NCBI GenBank assembly: GCA_963842525.1
Contig: CAWJGT010000001.1
Span: 736,001-800,000 of the forward strand
Direction of reading: 5' to 3'
Length of the DNA: 64,000 nucleotides
Origin: an uncultured Holophagales bacterium
Lineage (GTDB): Bacteria; Acidobacteriota; Thermoanaerobaculia; Multivoradales; UBA5704
The notes below the pieces were generated by a model. That model was not told the origin of the DNA. It saw only the letters and a list, made by a program, of their open reading frames with translations, and did not search any database. The position numbers and the translations under genes were made by a program. The stretch's first letter is position 1. The number at the start of each line of letters is the position of its first letter. Positions 1 through 12,510 of this stretch are shown piece by piece.

Positions 1-1086
1 GCCACCCTCTGGTCCATGGCGGCCCTGCGCGATACCGGCTGGCCGCTGGCCAGCACCGTCCGCCTGCTGGTGGCCAATGCCGAAGAGTCGAGCTGGGAGG
101 AGATCCCCTACTACCTGGAGCGGGCGCCGATGCCGGACATGACGATCGGCGTCGACGCCTCCTACCCGGTGACTCATGCGCAGAAGGGCTACGGCGTCCT
201 GACCTTCCGGGGCCGGGGGGCCACCCAGGACGAGCCGGCGGACTGGCAGGTGATGCAGATGTCCGGCGGCAGCGGCATGTCGATCATCCCGGAATCGGGC
301 GAGGCCGTGCTCGAGCCGGTCGCCACCCGGAGCGAACGGAAGGCTGAGCTTCCCGCCGAGCTGCCCCGCCTCGCAGCAGAGTGGTCCGCGGCCCATCCGC
401 CGGCGCGGATCACGGTGCGCCAGGAAGGGAGCAGCTTCAAGGTGACGGCCGAGGGAAAGGGAGGCCACTCGTCCGAGCCCGCGAGCGGGCACAATGCCCT
501 GGGGGACCTCACGGCGTTCCTGGCCACCCTCCACCTGAAGATGGACGCCTGGGGTTCTCTCGCGGCCTTTGTGGGGAAATTCGTCGGGACCGAGACGGAC
601 GGCCGCTCGCTAGGCATCGCACACCGCGACGAGGTGATGGGCGACCTCACCTCGAACCTCTCCTTCCTGCGCGAAGACAAGGGCGTTCCCATCGCCGAGG
701 TCAACATCCGGGTGCCCCGGGGCATTACCAACGCCGCGATCACCAAGCGCATCGCCGAGCTGGCTGCCGGGTTCCGGAACCTGACCGCAGCGGCCGTCGA
801 CACCGAATCCGCCCTCCTCAGCGAGCCGCACCTCGCTCCCACGGACAGCAAGCTCGTCTCGACGCTCCTCGCCGTCTGGCAGGAGGTGACTGGAACGCCC
901 GGCCGCCCCATCGCCATCGGCGGCGGCACCCAGGCACGGCTGTTCAAGGGGGGCGTCGACTTCGGCCCGGCCAGCTCGATGGAGCACTACCGCGGCCACG
1001 GCCCGGACGAGTACCTCACCGTCGACGAGCTCCACCGCATCGCGGAGCTCACGGTGACGGCGCTCTGGCGGCTGGGATCCCAATGA
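1..1086 (+). CDS. M20 family metallopeptidase (PepV/Sapep-like dipeptidase), 5' part outside window
   Basis: Frame open from base 1; NAEES, GKGGHSS, IGGGT, FGP and HGPDE motifs of M20 peptidases. Confidence 0.85.
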   Translation, partial: ATLWSMAALRDTGWPLASTVRLLVANAEESSWEEIPYYLERAPMPDMTIGVDASYPVTHAQKGYGVLTFRGRGATQDEPADWQVMQMSGGSGMSIIPESGEAVLEPVATRSERKAELPAELPRLAAEWSAAHPPARITVRQEGSSFKVTAEGKGGHSSEPASGHNALGDLTAFLATLHLKMDAWGSLAAFVGKFVGTETDGRSLGIAHRDEVMGDLTSNLSFLREDKGVPIAEVNIRVPRGITNAAITKRIAELAAGFRNLTAAAVDTESALLSEPHLAPTDSKLVSTLLAVWQEVTGTPGRPIAIGGGTQARLFKGGVDFGPASSMEHYRGHGPDEYLTVDELHRIAELTVTALWRLGSQ

Positions 1087-1092
1087 AGGAAA

Positions 1093-2757
1093 TCAGTCCT
1101 CCACGGTGAATTCGTAGAAGAGGTCGTTGAAGACCGACCGATCGAGGAACTGATCCCATTTCTCTTTCGACAGCACCTGCGGGCTGGGCTGCGCCACGGC
1201 GCGGTCCATGACGAAGACGCGGCCCTTGGCTTTTTCGAGCAGCGCCTTGTAGATGGCCGGCAGCGGATGGACCCAGGGATCGGGTTTCAACGCCAGCGCC
1301 CATTTTTCATTGGCCGGGATCATGGCCACGAACTGGTCCGCGAGCTCCCCCTGGGCCATCTCCCGCAGCCCGCCCTTGTTCATGGTTGCGTTGTGGCTGC
1401 CGTGGTGGCCGACCTTGTAGAACACCGTGCGGCCCAATAGATCGTTCACCGTCACTTCCTCGCCGCCGGCGAGCCCGTTGGCGGCGGTCCAGCCCTTCTC
1501 GGGCCACGAGACCCAGTTGCCCCGCTGGGCGTCGCCGACGAAAAGCAAAACCTTTTTCGTCCGCGGGAGCTCGATCGCCAGCACGAGGGACGTATTGTTG
1601 ATGTAGTTGTTCAGGCGCAGGGCAAACTCCTCGGCGCCGCGCAGCCAATCGGCGTCGATCCTCCGCCAGCCCCGCTCGTCGTCGTCCGGGTACTCCTTGG
1701 CAAACCCATAGTAGGCTTCGAAGAACTCACCGTGCGCGGGGTGCTTCCCCGCGGCGCTCGCCGGGATGCGGTGCCGGGGCTCGAACGGCTGGTAGGCTTC
1801 CTGCTCGTCCGAGGTGCCGGCGGCGCCGGCAACCGCGGCGAGGAAGGACTGCTCCTCGGTTGCCGCGAAGTGGAACTCCTCTTCCCCCCGGGGATCCATG
1901 TCCTTCAGCCTGGCCTCGTTCTGCGGAGGGCCCAGCGCGAAGAAACGGATTCCCGGGACGTTGGGCAAGGTCCGCGGCGCGCTGTGCGGGCTCAAGTATT
2001 CCGTGCCTTGCCGCAGGTCCGCGCGCCGCTTGACGATCTGGATTCCCTCCTTGTTGGTGATCCCCTTGATCTTTCCCGGATCGGTGGCCGCGAGCCCCCG
2101 GTCTTCATCGGACAGCTCGAATTCGAGGAGGGCTTCGAGGGTGCTCCGCACCCGCTCGTCGAACGGGTCGCTGACTCCCTGGAGCCGGTCGGCCGCGGAC
2201 ACCAGACCGAGCAAGGTGTCTTTATATTTCCTGCGCATTTCGTTGGCGAAATCGTTCTCAGGGTCCTCGGTCCAGGCGAGCCACAGCTTGTCGATGGTCA
2301 AATTCTCGAAGACGGCCCTCTCCGAGCGGAACCCCGAGACGTGGTCCTCGTGCTCGTGGGTAACCGCCACCAGGTTGAGGTGGCCGCCGGTGGTATCCCG
2401 GATGTGTTCCGCCACGTCCTTGATCGGGCGGACCAGCGTCGATCCCTTCTTCATTCCGCAGTCGATCAGCATATAGAACGGCTTGCCGTCATCCTGCCGG
2501 AAAGCGAGCAAAAAACAGTCGCCGTGCCCCTGGCGGTACATGCGGACCTTGACTCCGGACCGGGGCGGCTCCATGACGACCGACGAGGCCGGCGGGGCGC
2601 CGGACCCCGCCGTCTCGGCAGGGCTCCGCACAGGGCTGCGCTTCGCGGCCGTCTTCTTCGACTTGGCGGCGCGTTTTGGAACAGTTTTTTTCGGCGCGCG
2701 TTTCGCGGCTGCCTTCTTCGGTGCGGGCTTGGGTTTCGCGGCTGCTTTTTTCGCCAT
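1093..2757 (-). CDS. Metallo-beta-lactamase-fold hydrolase (ComEC/Rec2-like) with Lys/Ala-rich N-terminal tail
   Basis: GHGDCFLL, LIDCG, THEHEDH (HxHxDH), NNTSLVL, LFVGDA, KVGHHGSHN. Confidence 0.85.
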   Translation of the reverse strand: MAKKAAAKPKPAPKKAAAKRAPKKTVPKRAAKSKKTAAKRSPVRSPAETAGSGAPPASSVVMEPPRSGVKVRMYRQGHGDCFLLAFRQDDGKPFYMLIDCGMKKGSTLVRPIKDVAEHIRDTTGGHLNLVAVTHEHEDHVSGFRSERAVFENLTIDKLWLAWTEDPENDFANEMRRKYKDTLLGLVSAADRLQGVSDPFDERVRSTLEALLEFELSDEDRGLAATDPGKIKGITNKEGIQIVKRRADLRQGTEYLSPHSAPRTLPNVPGIRFFALGPPQNEARLKDMDPRGEEEFHFAATEEQSFLAAVAGAAGTSDEQEAYQPFEPRHRIPASAAGKHPAHGEFFEAYYGFAKEYPDDDERGWRRIDADWLRGAEEFALRLNNYINNTSLVLAIELPRTKKVLLFVGDAQRGNWVSWPEKGWTAANGLAGGEEVTVNDLLGRTVFYKVGHHGSHNATMNKGGLREMAQGELADQFVAMIPANEKWALALKPDPWVHPLPAIYKALLEKAKGRVFVMDRAVAQPSPQVLSKEKWDQFLDRSVFNDLFYEFTVED

Positions 2758-2776
2758 GGCGGTCCTCGCAATCAGA

Positions 2777-4753
2777 TCAGAAATCAGGGACTGCTACCGT
2801 GCGGCGGTGCACGGCCGCGAAATGCTCGCCGTCGAGGTCGACGGCCGGGGCGGCGCCGTAGAACGGGTTGTCGATCGCCCCCTCTTCGCCCTGGAGGAAC
2901 CTGCGGACCCGGTCCAGCTCCTGGTTGTCGGCCACATCGCCGCGGGTCGAAATGGCGTAGCGGACACATTGCCGGGCCGGGTCGAGGATCAGGGTGCAGC
3001 CGCGCCGGAAGCGGAAATCCGGGGACTCGATCTTCCCATCCCCTTCGTCGACGGCCTTCTGGACCTCGGGGTCGAAGTACCCCCGCCGGCGCTGGCGGAC
3101 CTCGACCACCAGGTCGGTGACCAGCGTGTCGCGGAAGCCGCGGCGGCGGGAGACCCGCACGGAATGCACCTCCAGCGAGGGAGTGCGGCCGTCCCGGCCC
3201 CGGTAGACCGAACGCGGTGCGCCGGGGTCCAGGGTCAGCCCGAAGGCAGCCAGTTGGCGCCGCATCGACTCCTGCATCAGCCAGAAGTAAGTGATCTTCG
3301 CGTTCTCCTCCATCGTGTCGAAGACCTTCTTGCGTTCCGTGGTCAGGTCCCAGTCGAGCGTCAGCTTCCCGACCTCCTTCTTGCCGTCCTTGCCGGCGGG
3401 CATCTCGATGCCCTCGAAAAGAGCCTTGGTTGCCGATTGATCGTAGGCGGCTTCACCCGCTCCGTCTTCGTCCAGCAGCGGGAAGCGGAGGTCGCTCTCC
3501 GCCATGCTCCGCACTCCCTCGGGGTAGATCCCCCACTGCCGGAAGGCCTCGATGAACGCCACCCGCTGATTGTTCTGGTCATGGGGATAGACCTCGGTAT
3601 CGGCGGTGACCACGGCCCGCAGGTAGGTGCCGAAATCGACGTCCACCGGCGGGCAATAATCGAGCCCACGAATGCACATGGTCAACACGGCGTCGGCGAC
3701 CGCCGCAGCCTCCCGGGCCAGCCGGCGGACGAGATCGGGATGGATCTCCCCCTCGCGCAGGACGCCCGTGCCGTTGGTGGCAATGCGGAGGAGATCGGCG
3801 CTGCGCGCCTTGTAGATGGCCAGGAACGCCGAGAACACGGCGGCCAGCAGGATGCCGCCCCGGTCGTGCGGCAGGTGGGCCTCCTGCAGCCGCGCAGGAT
3901 CGGGCTTGTGGGCCTCCCAGACCCCGTCCGCGTTCTTGCTCCCCAGCGCCTCGCGGAGGGCGCCGCGCTTCCCCAGGGCCTGGCCGAACTGCTGCGCCAG
4001 CTCGCCGAGCATGCTCTGCCGCTCCAGGTTGCCGCGGGTCCTGGCGATCTGGTGCGCGAGGATCTCCGGATGCGCAAAACGCTGGAAGATGGCCACGATG
4101 TCGGCGAACCCCTCGTGCAGCGCGTGCACGTCCGGGTTCGTAGCCTCGTTGAAGGAGGGGTGCAGCCCGTCGAGCAGCGCGTGCGTGGTCTCATGCGCCA
4201 CCACGTCGTAGGACAGGCTGGTGAAGACCATGCCGCCCGGCGCCTGCCCCGGTCCCCGGCCGCGGGTGGGAAAATACCCGAACAACAGCGCCTTCTTGCG
4301 CGGGCTGTAGTAGGCGTTGGCCTCCCGCAAAGCGTGCGGATAGATCCGCAGGCGGGGGACGAATTGCTCGCCGGTGACCTGGCCTTCCTTGTTGCGGATC
4401 ACCCGCTTGGCCCACAACGCCACCCGGCCGAGGGCCCGTTCGAAGTGGTCGATGGTGTTCATCGCCACGGCGTACACCATCTGCTGGTGGAACTGCGGCC
4501 CCCCTTCGGCCGGCGAGAGGCCGTCCTGAGCCAGTAGGAAGGGGTGATTCAGATCCACCGGGGCATAGAAGGCATCGCTGGCGGGGTCGAAATCCACCAC
4601 CTCGATGTAGTCGCCGACCGGGCCGGGCTTCAGCCCCTCCTCCCAGGCCAGCTCCAGCGTCAGCTCGCTGATCGACAGGGTATCCAACTGCGCGCGGACG
4701 CCCGGATCAAAGGCGAACACCCGCAATCTGCGCTGAGCCGGCTTCTGGTTCAT
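2777..4753 (-). CDS. HExxH zinc metallopeptidase (M4/thermolysin-like)
   Basis: ANAYYS, DVVAHETTH, ALHEGFAD third-ligand motif, downstream PHDRG; 19 bp upstream of the MBL gene. Confidence 0.8.
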   Translation of the reverse strand: MNQKPAQRRLRVFAFDPGVRAQLDTLSISELTLELAWEEGLKPGPVGDYIEVVDFDPASDAFYAPVDLNHPFLLAQDGLSPAEGGPQFHQQMVYAVAMNTIDHFERALGRVALWAKRVIRNKEGQVTGEQFVPRLRIYPHALREANAYYSPRKKALLFGYFPTRGRGPGQAPGGMVFTSLSYDVVAHETTHALLDGLHPSFNEATNPDVHALHEGFADIVAIFQRFAHPEILAHQIARTRGNLERQSMLGELAQQFGQALGKRGALREALGSKNADGVWEAHKPDPARLQEAHLPHDRGGILLAAVFSAFLAIYKARSADLLRIATNGTGVLREGEIHPDLVRRLAREAAAVADAVLTMCIRGLDYCPPVDVDFGTYLRAVVTADTEVYPHDQNNQRVAFIEAFRQWGIYPEGVRSMAESDLRFPLLDEDGAGEAAYDQSATKALFEGIEMPAGKDGKKEVGKLTLDWDLTTERKKVFDTMEENAKITYFWLMQESMRRQLAAFGLTLDPGAPRSVYRGRDGRTPSLEVHSVRVSRRRGFRDTLVTDLVVEVRQRRRGYFDPEVQKAVDEGDGKIESPDFRFRRGCTLILDPARQCVRYAISTRGDVADNQELDRVRRFLQGEEGAIDNPFYGAAPAVDLDGEHFAAVHRRTVAVPDF

Positions 4754-4870
4754 CGTCCACCTCCTGCAAAGCTAGGTCTCCCCGATCCTATGGTCTCTGG
4801 CGCGTCGCGTCAAAGCTATAGGGAATGTGCCATGAGCGGACTGCCCTGCGCCGTATTCAAAACCCGCCAT

Positions 4871-4895
4871 GTAGGGGCGGGGCTTGTCCCCGCCC
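4871..4895 (+). repeat. GTAG-type REP palindrome
   Basis: GTAG followed by imperfect hairpin GGGCGGGGCTTGTCCCCGCCC. Confidence 0.65.
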
Positions 4896-4908
4896 GGGAG
4901 GGGATAAA

Positions 4909-7778
<2,870 letters not shown>

Positions 7779-7838
7779 CTGCCTTTCGATGGTCCTTTCG
7801 AGACGAGGCGGAGCTACGCTCAGGATGTCCAGCGGAGA

Positions 7839-8540
7839 TCAGAGGATGGTACCCATCTTGTCCCAGGTCGTCGCATCGTAGCCGAGCACTGGCTGACCAC
7901 TGGCGGAGACCGTGCTGAAATCCCAGGCGGCGGTCTTCGAGAACATCAGCTTGGCGATCGCTTTGCTTGCTCCAGACGCGAACTTGCCCTTGTACTCGTT
8001 CTCGTAGATGGTCCCGCGCGGCGCGCGGCCGGAGGCGAGGGTCAAACCGAAGCCGTAGAGATGGTTGATCTCCTGCGCCGTACATGGCACGATCGCATTT
8101 TCGAGGATCTCGACTCCGTAGGTATCCTTGAGCAACCCTTTGAGGTCGGCGAGAGTCCGGAGGGCATGCCCACCTCCAAGGATCCCCACCACCTCGTCGT
8201 CTTCGGAGTCGCTCTGTCCACCACTCGCCGCCGCCACAGCAGCAGCGGAGCTCACGTGAGCACGTTGGATCGTGCCTCGGAAAACGCCATTCGTCCTCTG
8301 TGCGGTTTTCGCCTGAGCCATCCGCGCCAAGGCGCTTTGCACGTGTGGCGCAACAGGTCGCGCCGCCGCATGCGGAGTCTGGACCAGGTTTGATACCGCT
8401 GATGAAGACTGTGTCGCCGGCAATGACCTCTCCGGCATCTTTGCTTGAGCCATACCCGCGACGGCTGCCTGCACATGCGCAGCCGGAGCACGCGCCGGGA
8501 CAAGTGGCAGATGCGACGGCATCGACGGCTTTCCTGGCAT
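7839..8540 (-). CDS. Hypothetical protein: AAHVQAA/QAK/IQR leader plus unknown C-terminal domain
   Basis: AGGAGG RBS 7 nt before ATG 8540; leader repeats shared with 45962..46894. Confidence 0.7.
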   Translation of the reverse strand: MPGKPSMPSHLPLVPARAPAAHVQAAVAGMAQAKMPERSLPATQSSSAVSNLVQTPHAAARPVAPHVQSALARMAQAKTAQRTNGVFRGTIQRAHVSSAAAVAAASGGQSDSEDDEVVGILGGGHALRTLADLKGLLKDTYGVEILENAIVPCTAQEINHLYGFGLTLASGRAPRGTIYENEYKGKFASGASKAIAKLMFSKTAAWDFSTVSASGQPVLGYDATTWDKMGTIL

Positions 8541-8718
8541 GGGCAAGCCTCCTGGAACCGTGGACGGACTGCGACCCTTCTCAGAGTACTCCTATCCTTC
8601 CTGATTAACAATGCAAGGGGCGAGAGCAGCGAGAGCGGCTGTCGAGGCTGCGGCGAGTCGCCGAAGCGTTGTAAGGTTCCCTGGGACGAGGCACCCCCGA
8701 GGGAAAGGGAGCTCTCTG

Positions 8719-9841
8719 ATGTGGACATCCACCCGGTTCACGGAGCGGTTCGGCCGCCGCTATCCGATCGTGCAGGGGCCGATGGGGGGCGGCGCGTCGA
8801 CGCCTGAGCTGGTGGCGGCGGTCTCGGGCGCAGGTGGGCTGGGATCGCTCGGCTGCTATCACCTGGAGCCCGCCGCGATCCTGCGCGCCGCGGCCGACAT
8901 CCGGCGCCTGACCGACGAGCCGTTTGCCCTCAACCTCTGGATCCCCCGCGAGCAGGAGGACGCCGGAAGCCCTACGACCCCTGTAGGGGCAACCCTTGTG
9001 GTTGCCCACGGTCCCGAGGCTGCCCGGGCCCTGACGCGTCTCCAGCCGTACCGGGACGAGCTCGGGCTGCCGCCCTTCACGGAGCCTCCGGCGCCCACCG
9101 TCCAGGACTTCGAGCTGCAGTTCGAACGCCGTGCTCGAAGCCCGGCCCGCTGCCTTCAGCTTCATCTTCGGTTTGCTGCCCGCGCCGATGGTGGCGGCGG
9201 CGCACCGGCGGGGGATCGAGCTGATCGGCACTGCGACGACAGTCGACGAGGCCGAGGCCCTGGAGGCGAGCGGCGTCGACCTCGTGTGCGCCTCCGGGTT
9301 CGAGGCCGGGGGGCACCGCGGCAGCTTCCTCCGTCCCGCGGAGCAGTCGCTCACCGGCACGCTGTCGCTCGTCCCCCAGGTCGTGAGCGCCGTGCGGGTT
9401 CCGGTGCTGGCCGCGGGCGGCATCGCCGACGGCCGCGGCGTTGCGGCGGCTCTGGTGCTCGGCGCCGAGGCGGCGCAGATCGGCACGGCCTTCCTGATGT
9501 GCCGGGAGTCCGGAGCGAGCGACCTCCATCGTGCTGCCCTCGCGGACCACGCTCGCGCGCGGCGCACCACCCTCTCCCGGGCCTACACCGGCCGGCTCGC
9601 GCGGATGCTCGCCAACCGCTTCACGGACGAGATGGCTCAGCCCCCCACCGAGATCCTCCCCTGGCCGCACCAGAACGAGCTCACCCGGGAAGCTCGCCTT
9701 GCAGCGGCCCGCGACGGCCGCGAGGACCTTCTGCCGTTTTACGGCGGCCAGTCGGCATCCCTGGCTTCCCCCGGTTCTGCCGCCGACCTCGTGGCAACCC
9801 TGGCCGCGGAGACCCGCGAAGCTTTCGAGCGGTCCGCGTAA
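8719..9841 (+). CDS. Nitronate monooxygenase family (NAD(P)H-dependent flavin oxidoreductase), frameshift near 9128
   Basis: YPIVQGPMGGG, GGLGSLG, PFALNL in one frame; EAGGHRG, AAGGIADGRG, QIGTAFL in the next. Confidence 0.85.
8969..9007 (+). repeat. GTAG-type REP element inside the monooxygenase CDS
   Basis: GCCCTAC..GTAGGGGC inverted pair plus hairpin GGGCAACCCTTGTGGTTGCCC. Confidence 0.6.
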
Positions 9842-9870
9842 GGGGGCAGCCCCGAGCACTTCGCGCCGAA

Positions 9871-10270
9871 CGTCGCAAACGGAGCTTCCTTTGCGACGAG
9901 TCAGCCATTCAGCAGCGCACCCAATCCATGTCTCGGCGCAAAGAAGCGATTCAGTGCGACGCGATAGAGATTCAGCGGTGCAAAGATCGATCTCGCGTCG
10001 CACTGGATCGATCCTTTGCGCCTCGATAAGCCTTCCTCGATTCCTGGATGGGTTTTGCGCCACGACGAAGCGCTACGCCGTCGCACGTAGACCTGCGACG
10101 GCGCAATAGAGTCGCACATCGGCGCAAAATAGACTCTCATCGCCTCGCTGTGCGCCAACAGAGCGACGACGAAGGCTTTGTCGTCGCAAATTATCGATAG
10201 AGAGTCGCAAAGGATAGATTCGCGGCGCACTCTAGTCATCCAACGGCGCACTGAACGCTTCTTTGCGCCG
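9871..10270. repeat. Degenerate tandem array, ~20-21 bp period
   Basis: Units mostly begin with CG(T/G)CGCA or its reverse complement TGCG(A/C)CG; roughly 19 units; intergenic. Confidence 0.6.
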
Positions 10271-10371
10271 GGCAAACGGATACTGCGTGACCCGCTGCCG
10301 TTGTCTGCGAGGCCCCGCCGGGCCTTTGCGCCAGCGGGTGTACAATGGAGCCTCGATCTGGAGCCCGCACC

Positions 10372-10773
10372 ATGAACCGTTTCCTTCGCCCGTTGCCCGC
10401 CCTTCTTGCCATCCTATGGCTCGCCGCCACCGCGCTATCCGCGCAGGAGACCGGCGACCGCGCCGGCGAGGCACCCTCGCGCCGTCACCATCGGTACCCA
10501 CGGCCTCGTCGAACGCGGCCAGGGGCCTCGAGGCCAGGGGCGGTGGCGAGGGTTCCCGATCAGCGTCAGCCTGCGCGACGCGCCGCTGCCGGAAGTCCTC
10601 CGCGCGTTCGCCCAAATCGCCGGCTTCAACCTGGTCCTCGACCCCAGGATCCCCCAGGGGACCGTGACGGTCGAGCTCAAAGACGTGCCCTGGGACCAGG
10701 CGCTGCACGTGATCCTCAAGACCCACGGCCTCGCAGCCGAGGTCGCGGCCGGTTGTGGTTGATCGCCCTTTAA
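10372..10773 (+). CDS. Small exported secretin/TonB N-terminal (STN)-like domain protein, two frameshifts
   Basis: Signal peptide MNRFLRPLPALLAILWLAATALSA; ISVSLRDAPLPEVLRAFA..VTVELKDVPWDQALHVILK resembles the PilQ periplasmic N-domain. Confidence 0.7.
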   Translation: MNRFLRPLPALLAILWLAATALSAQETGDRAGEAPSRRHHRYPRPRRTRPGASRPGAVARVPDQRQPARRAAAGSPPRVRPNRRLQPGPRPQDPPGDRDGRAQRRALGPGAARDPQDPRPRSRGRGRLWLIAL

Positions 10774-11241
10774 AACGCCCTCACGGGCCTCTTCGGGAGT
10801 GGAGGAACGGTGCTGGGCAGCCTTGGATGAAGGGGTCCGGACGAGCGCACGGTCGACGGACGCCTCTCGACCGGGATCGTCAGGCCCGCCCTGACCTGAA
10901 GCTCTCCAAGGCGGGCGGAAAGGCTGCGGGGAGCGCTCTTCCGCCGATGGAGCGACCTGCGCTTGCTGGAACGGAGGAGAGGTCGGAGCAGCCAGTCCGG
11001 AAGCTCTGGGAGGTGCGCAGCCACGGCTGGATTCTCGCACACTGGGTTGGCGAAGTCTCCCGCAAAGATCTCAGCATCCAGGCACGATCCGCAGGAATCC
11101 CCGACGCTCAGCTCCTGATCCCTGCGGACGGGGAGGCTTTGGAACTCGTCCTCAGATCTTGACGCTAGTGCCCAGCAGACGCTAGTATTTTGGCATACTC
11201 ACTGCAGCACAGCTACTCTTGGATGCCGAGGACCCGAAAGA

Positions 11242-12510
11242 ATGCCTTACGAATTTTTCTTCAGCTATACGCGGGCCAATAATGACGATTATCTCCGGAA
11301 ATTCTTTGCCGAGCTGAACGACGCGGTCCGCCGCAAGGCCGGTTATCCCCAGGGGACCCTGACGGGCTTTTTCGACCAGAAGCGCCTCGAAGCGGGCACG
11401 GAATGGAACCAAGCCCTGGTCACCGCGCTCCAGGAAAGCGCGACCCTGGTCTGCGTCTACTCTCCCGCCTACTTCAAGAGCGAGTTTTGCGGACGGGAGT
11501 GGGGGGTTTTCGAGGAGCGCTGGCGGCTTCATGGGGCGCTTCGGCAGGCAGCAGATCCCGCAACCTCGGAGTGGCCCTCCGTTATCAAGCCTGTCCTCTG
11601 GATCCCGCTCCAGGAAGATCTCCCGGCCGGCGTTGGCAGCAAGCAGTTGGCTGGCGGCAACCCGCAGGGGGCGTTGAGCACGGTGGGTCTACTCAACATG
11701 CGGATGAGATATTCGAAGTACAGGATCGGTTATTTGGACTTCATCGACAAACTTGCGGATGAGATCCTGAAGGCCCGCGGTATTTATAAAGGCAAGCTGC
11801 CACGGGTGACTCCCGAGCCTGACTTCCGGACTTTCCAGAGCGCCTTTCACGCACCGCCGGCTCCTGGACAGGCTGCGGCTCCGAAGCCACAGGACCGTGG
11901 TCCCAATGGCGTCCAGTTCGTCTTCGTCGCCGGGAAACCTGACGAGTTGCGGGGGACCCGCAGCGTCGACAGCTACGAGCAGAAAGGGGGCAGGGATTGG
12001 AAACCCTATTACCCTCAAAAGCTCAGGCCTATCGGAGCCCTCGCTCAAGGCGTCGCCGCGAGCGAGGACCTCGACTTCTTCAGCGAGGAATTGCCCTTTA
12101 GCGCACAATTGCCCCAGGACGTGCGCAACGCCGAGAATCAGGCGAACATCGTGGTTTTAGTCGTCGACGGATGGACCGCTACATTGCCTTCCTACGATCA
12201 GATCCTCGAGCAGTTCGACAAGGAGGGCTACTTCAACTGCAGCGTCCTGGTCCCTTGGAACGACGCCGATGCCGAGACCGCCCAGCAGCGTGCCGCGCTC
12301 GAAGCCCAGGTCCGCAGCGTCTTCCGCCGGCACTCGAGACATCCGCTCTATTTCCGGGACGCCATCACATCGGAAGAAGATCTGAGGGAGCAGCTCCGTG
12401 ACGTACTGATCCGCCTCAAGGCAGAGGTTTTCAACCAGGCCCCAGTGAGTCGGCCGGTGCCGAACGGCGGAGTCAAGCCCGTCGTCTCGGGTCCTGGAGG
12501 TGACCGGTGA
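11242..12510 (+). CDS. TIR-like protein, FxsC type
   Basis: FFFSY, FFDQ..GTEW, SPAYFKSEFCGREW TIR motifs; C-terminal WKPYYP region like the FxsC C-terminal domain. Confidence 0.8.
   Translation: MPYEFFFSYTRANNDDYLRKFFAELNDAVRRKAGYPQGTLTGFFDQKRLEAGTEWNQALVTALQESATLVCVYSPAYFKSEFCGREWGVFEERWRLHGALRQAADPATSEWPSVIKPVLWIPLQEDLPAGVGSKQLAGGNPQGALSTVGLLNMRMRYSKYRIGYLDFIDKLADEILKARGIYKGKLPRVTPEPDFRTFQSAFHAPPAPGQAAAPKPQDRGPNGVQFVFVAGKPDELRGTRSVDSYEQKGGRDWKPYYPQKLRPIGALAQGVAASEDLDFFSEELPFSAQLPQDVRNAENQANIVVLVVDGWTATLPSYDQILEQFDKEGYFNCSVLVPWNDADAETAQQRAALEAQVRSVFRRHSRHPLYFRDAITSEEDLREQLRDVLIRLKAEVFNQAPVSRPVPNGGVKPVVSGPGGDR

Noticed and set aside
10775-11240. FxSxx-COOH precursor peptide or other gene upstream of FxsC
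   Set aside because: No short ORF ending in FxSxx and no recognisable product seen
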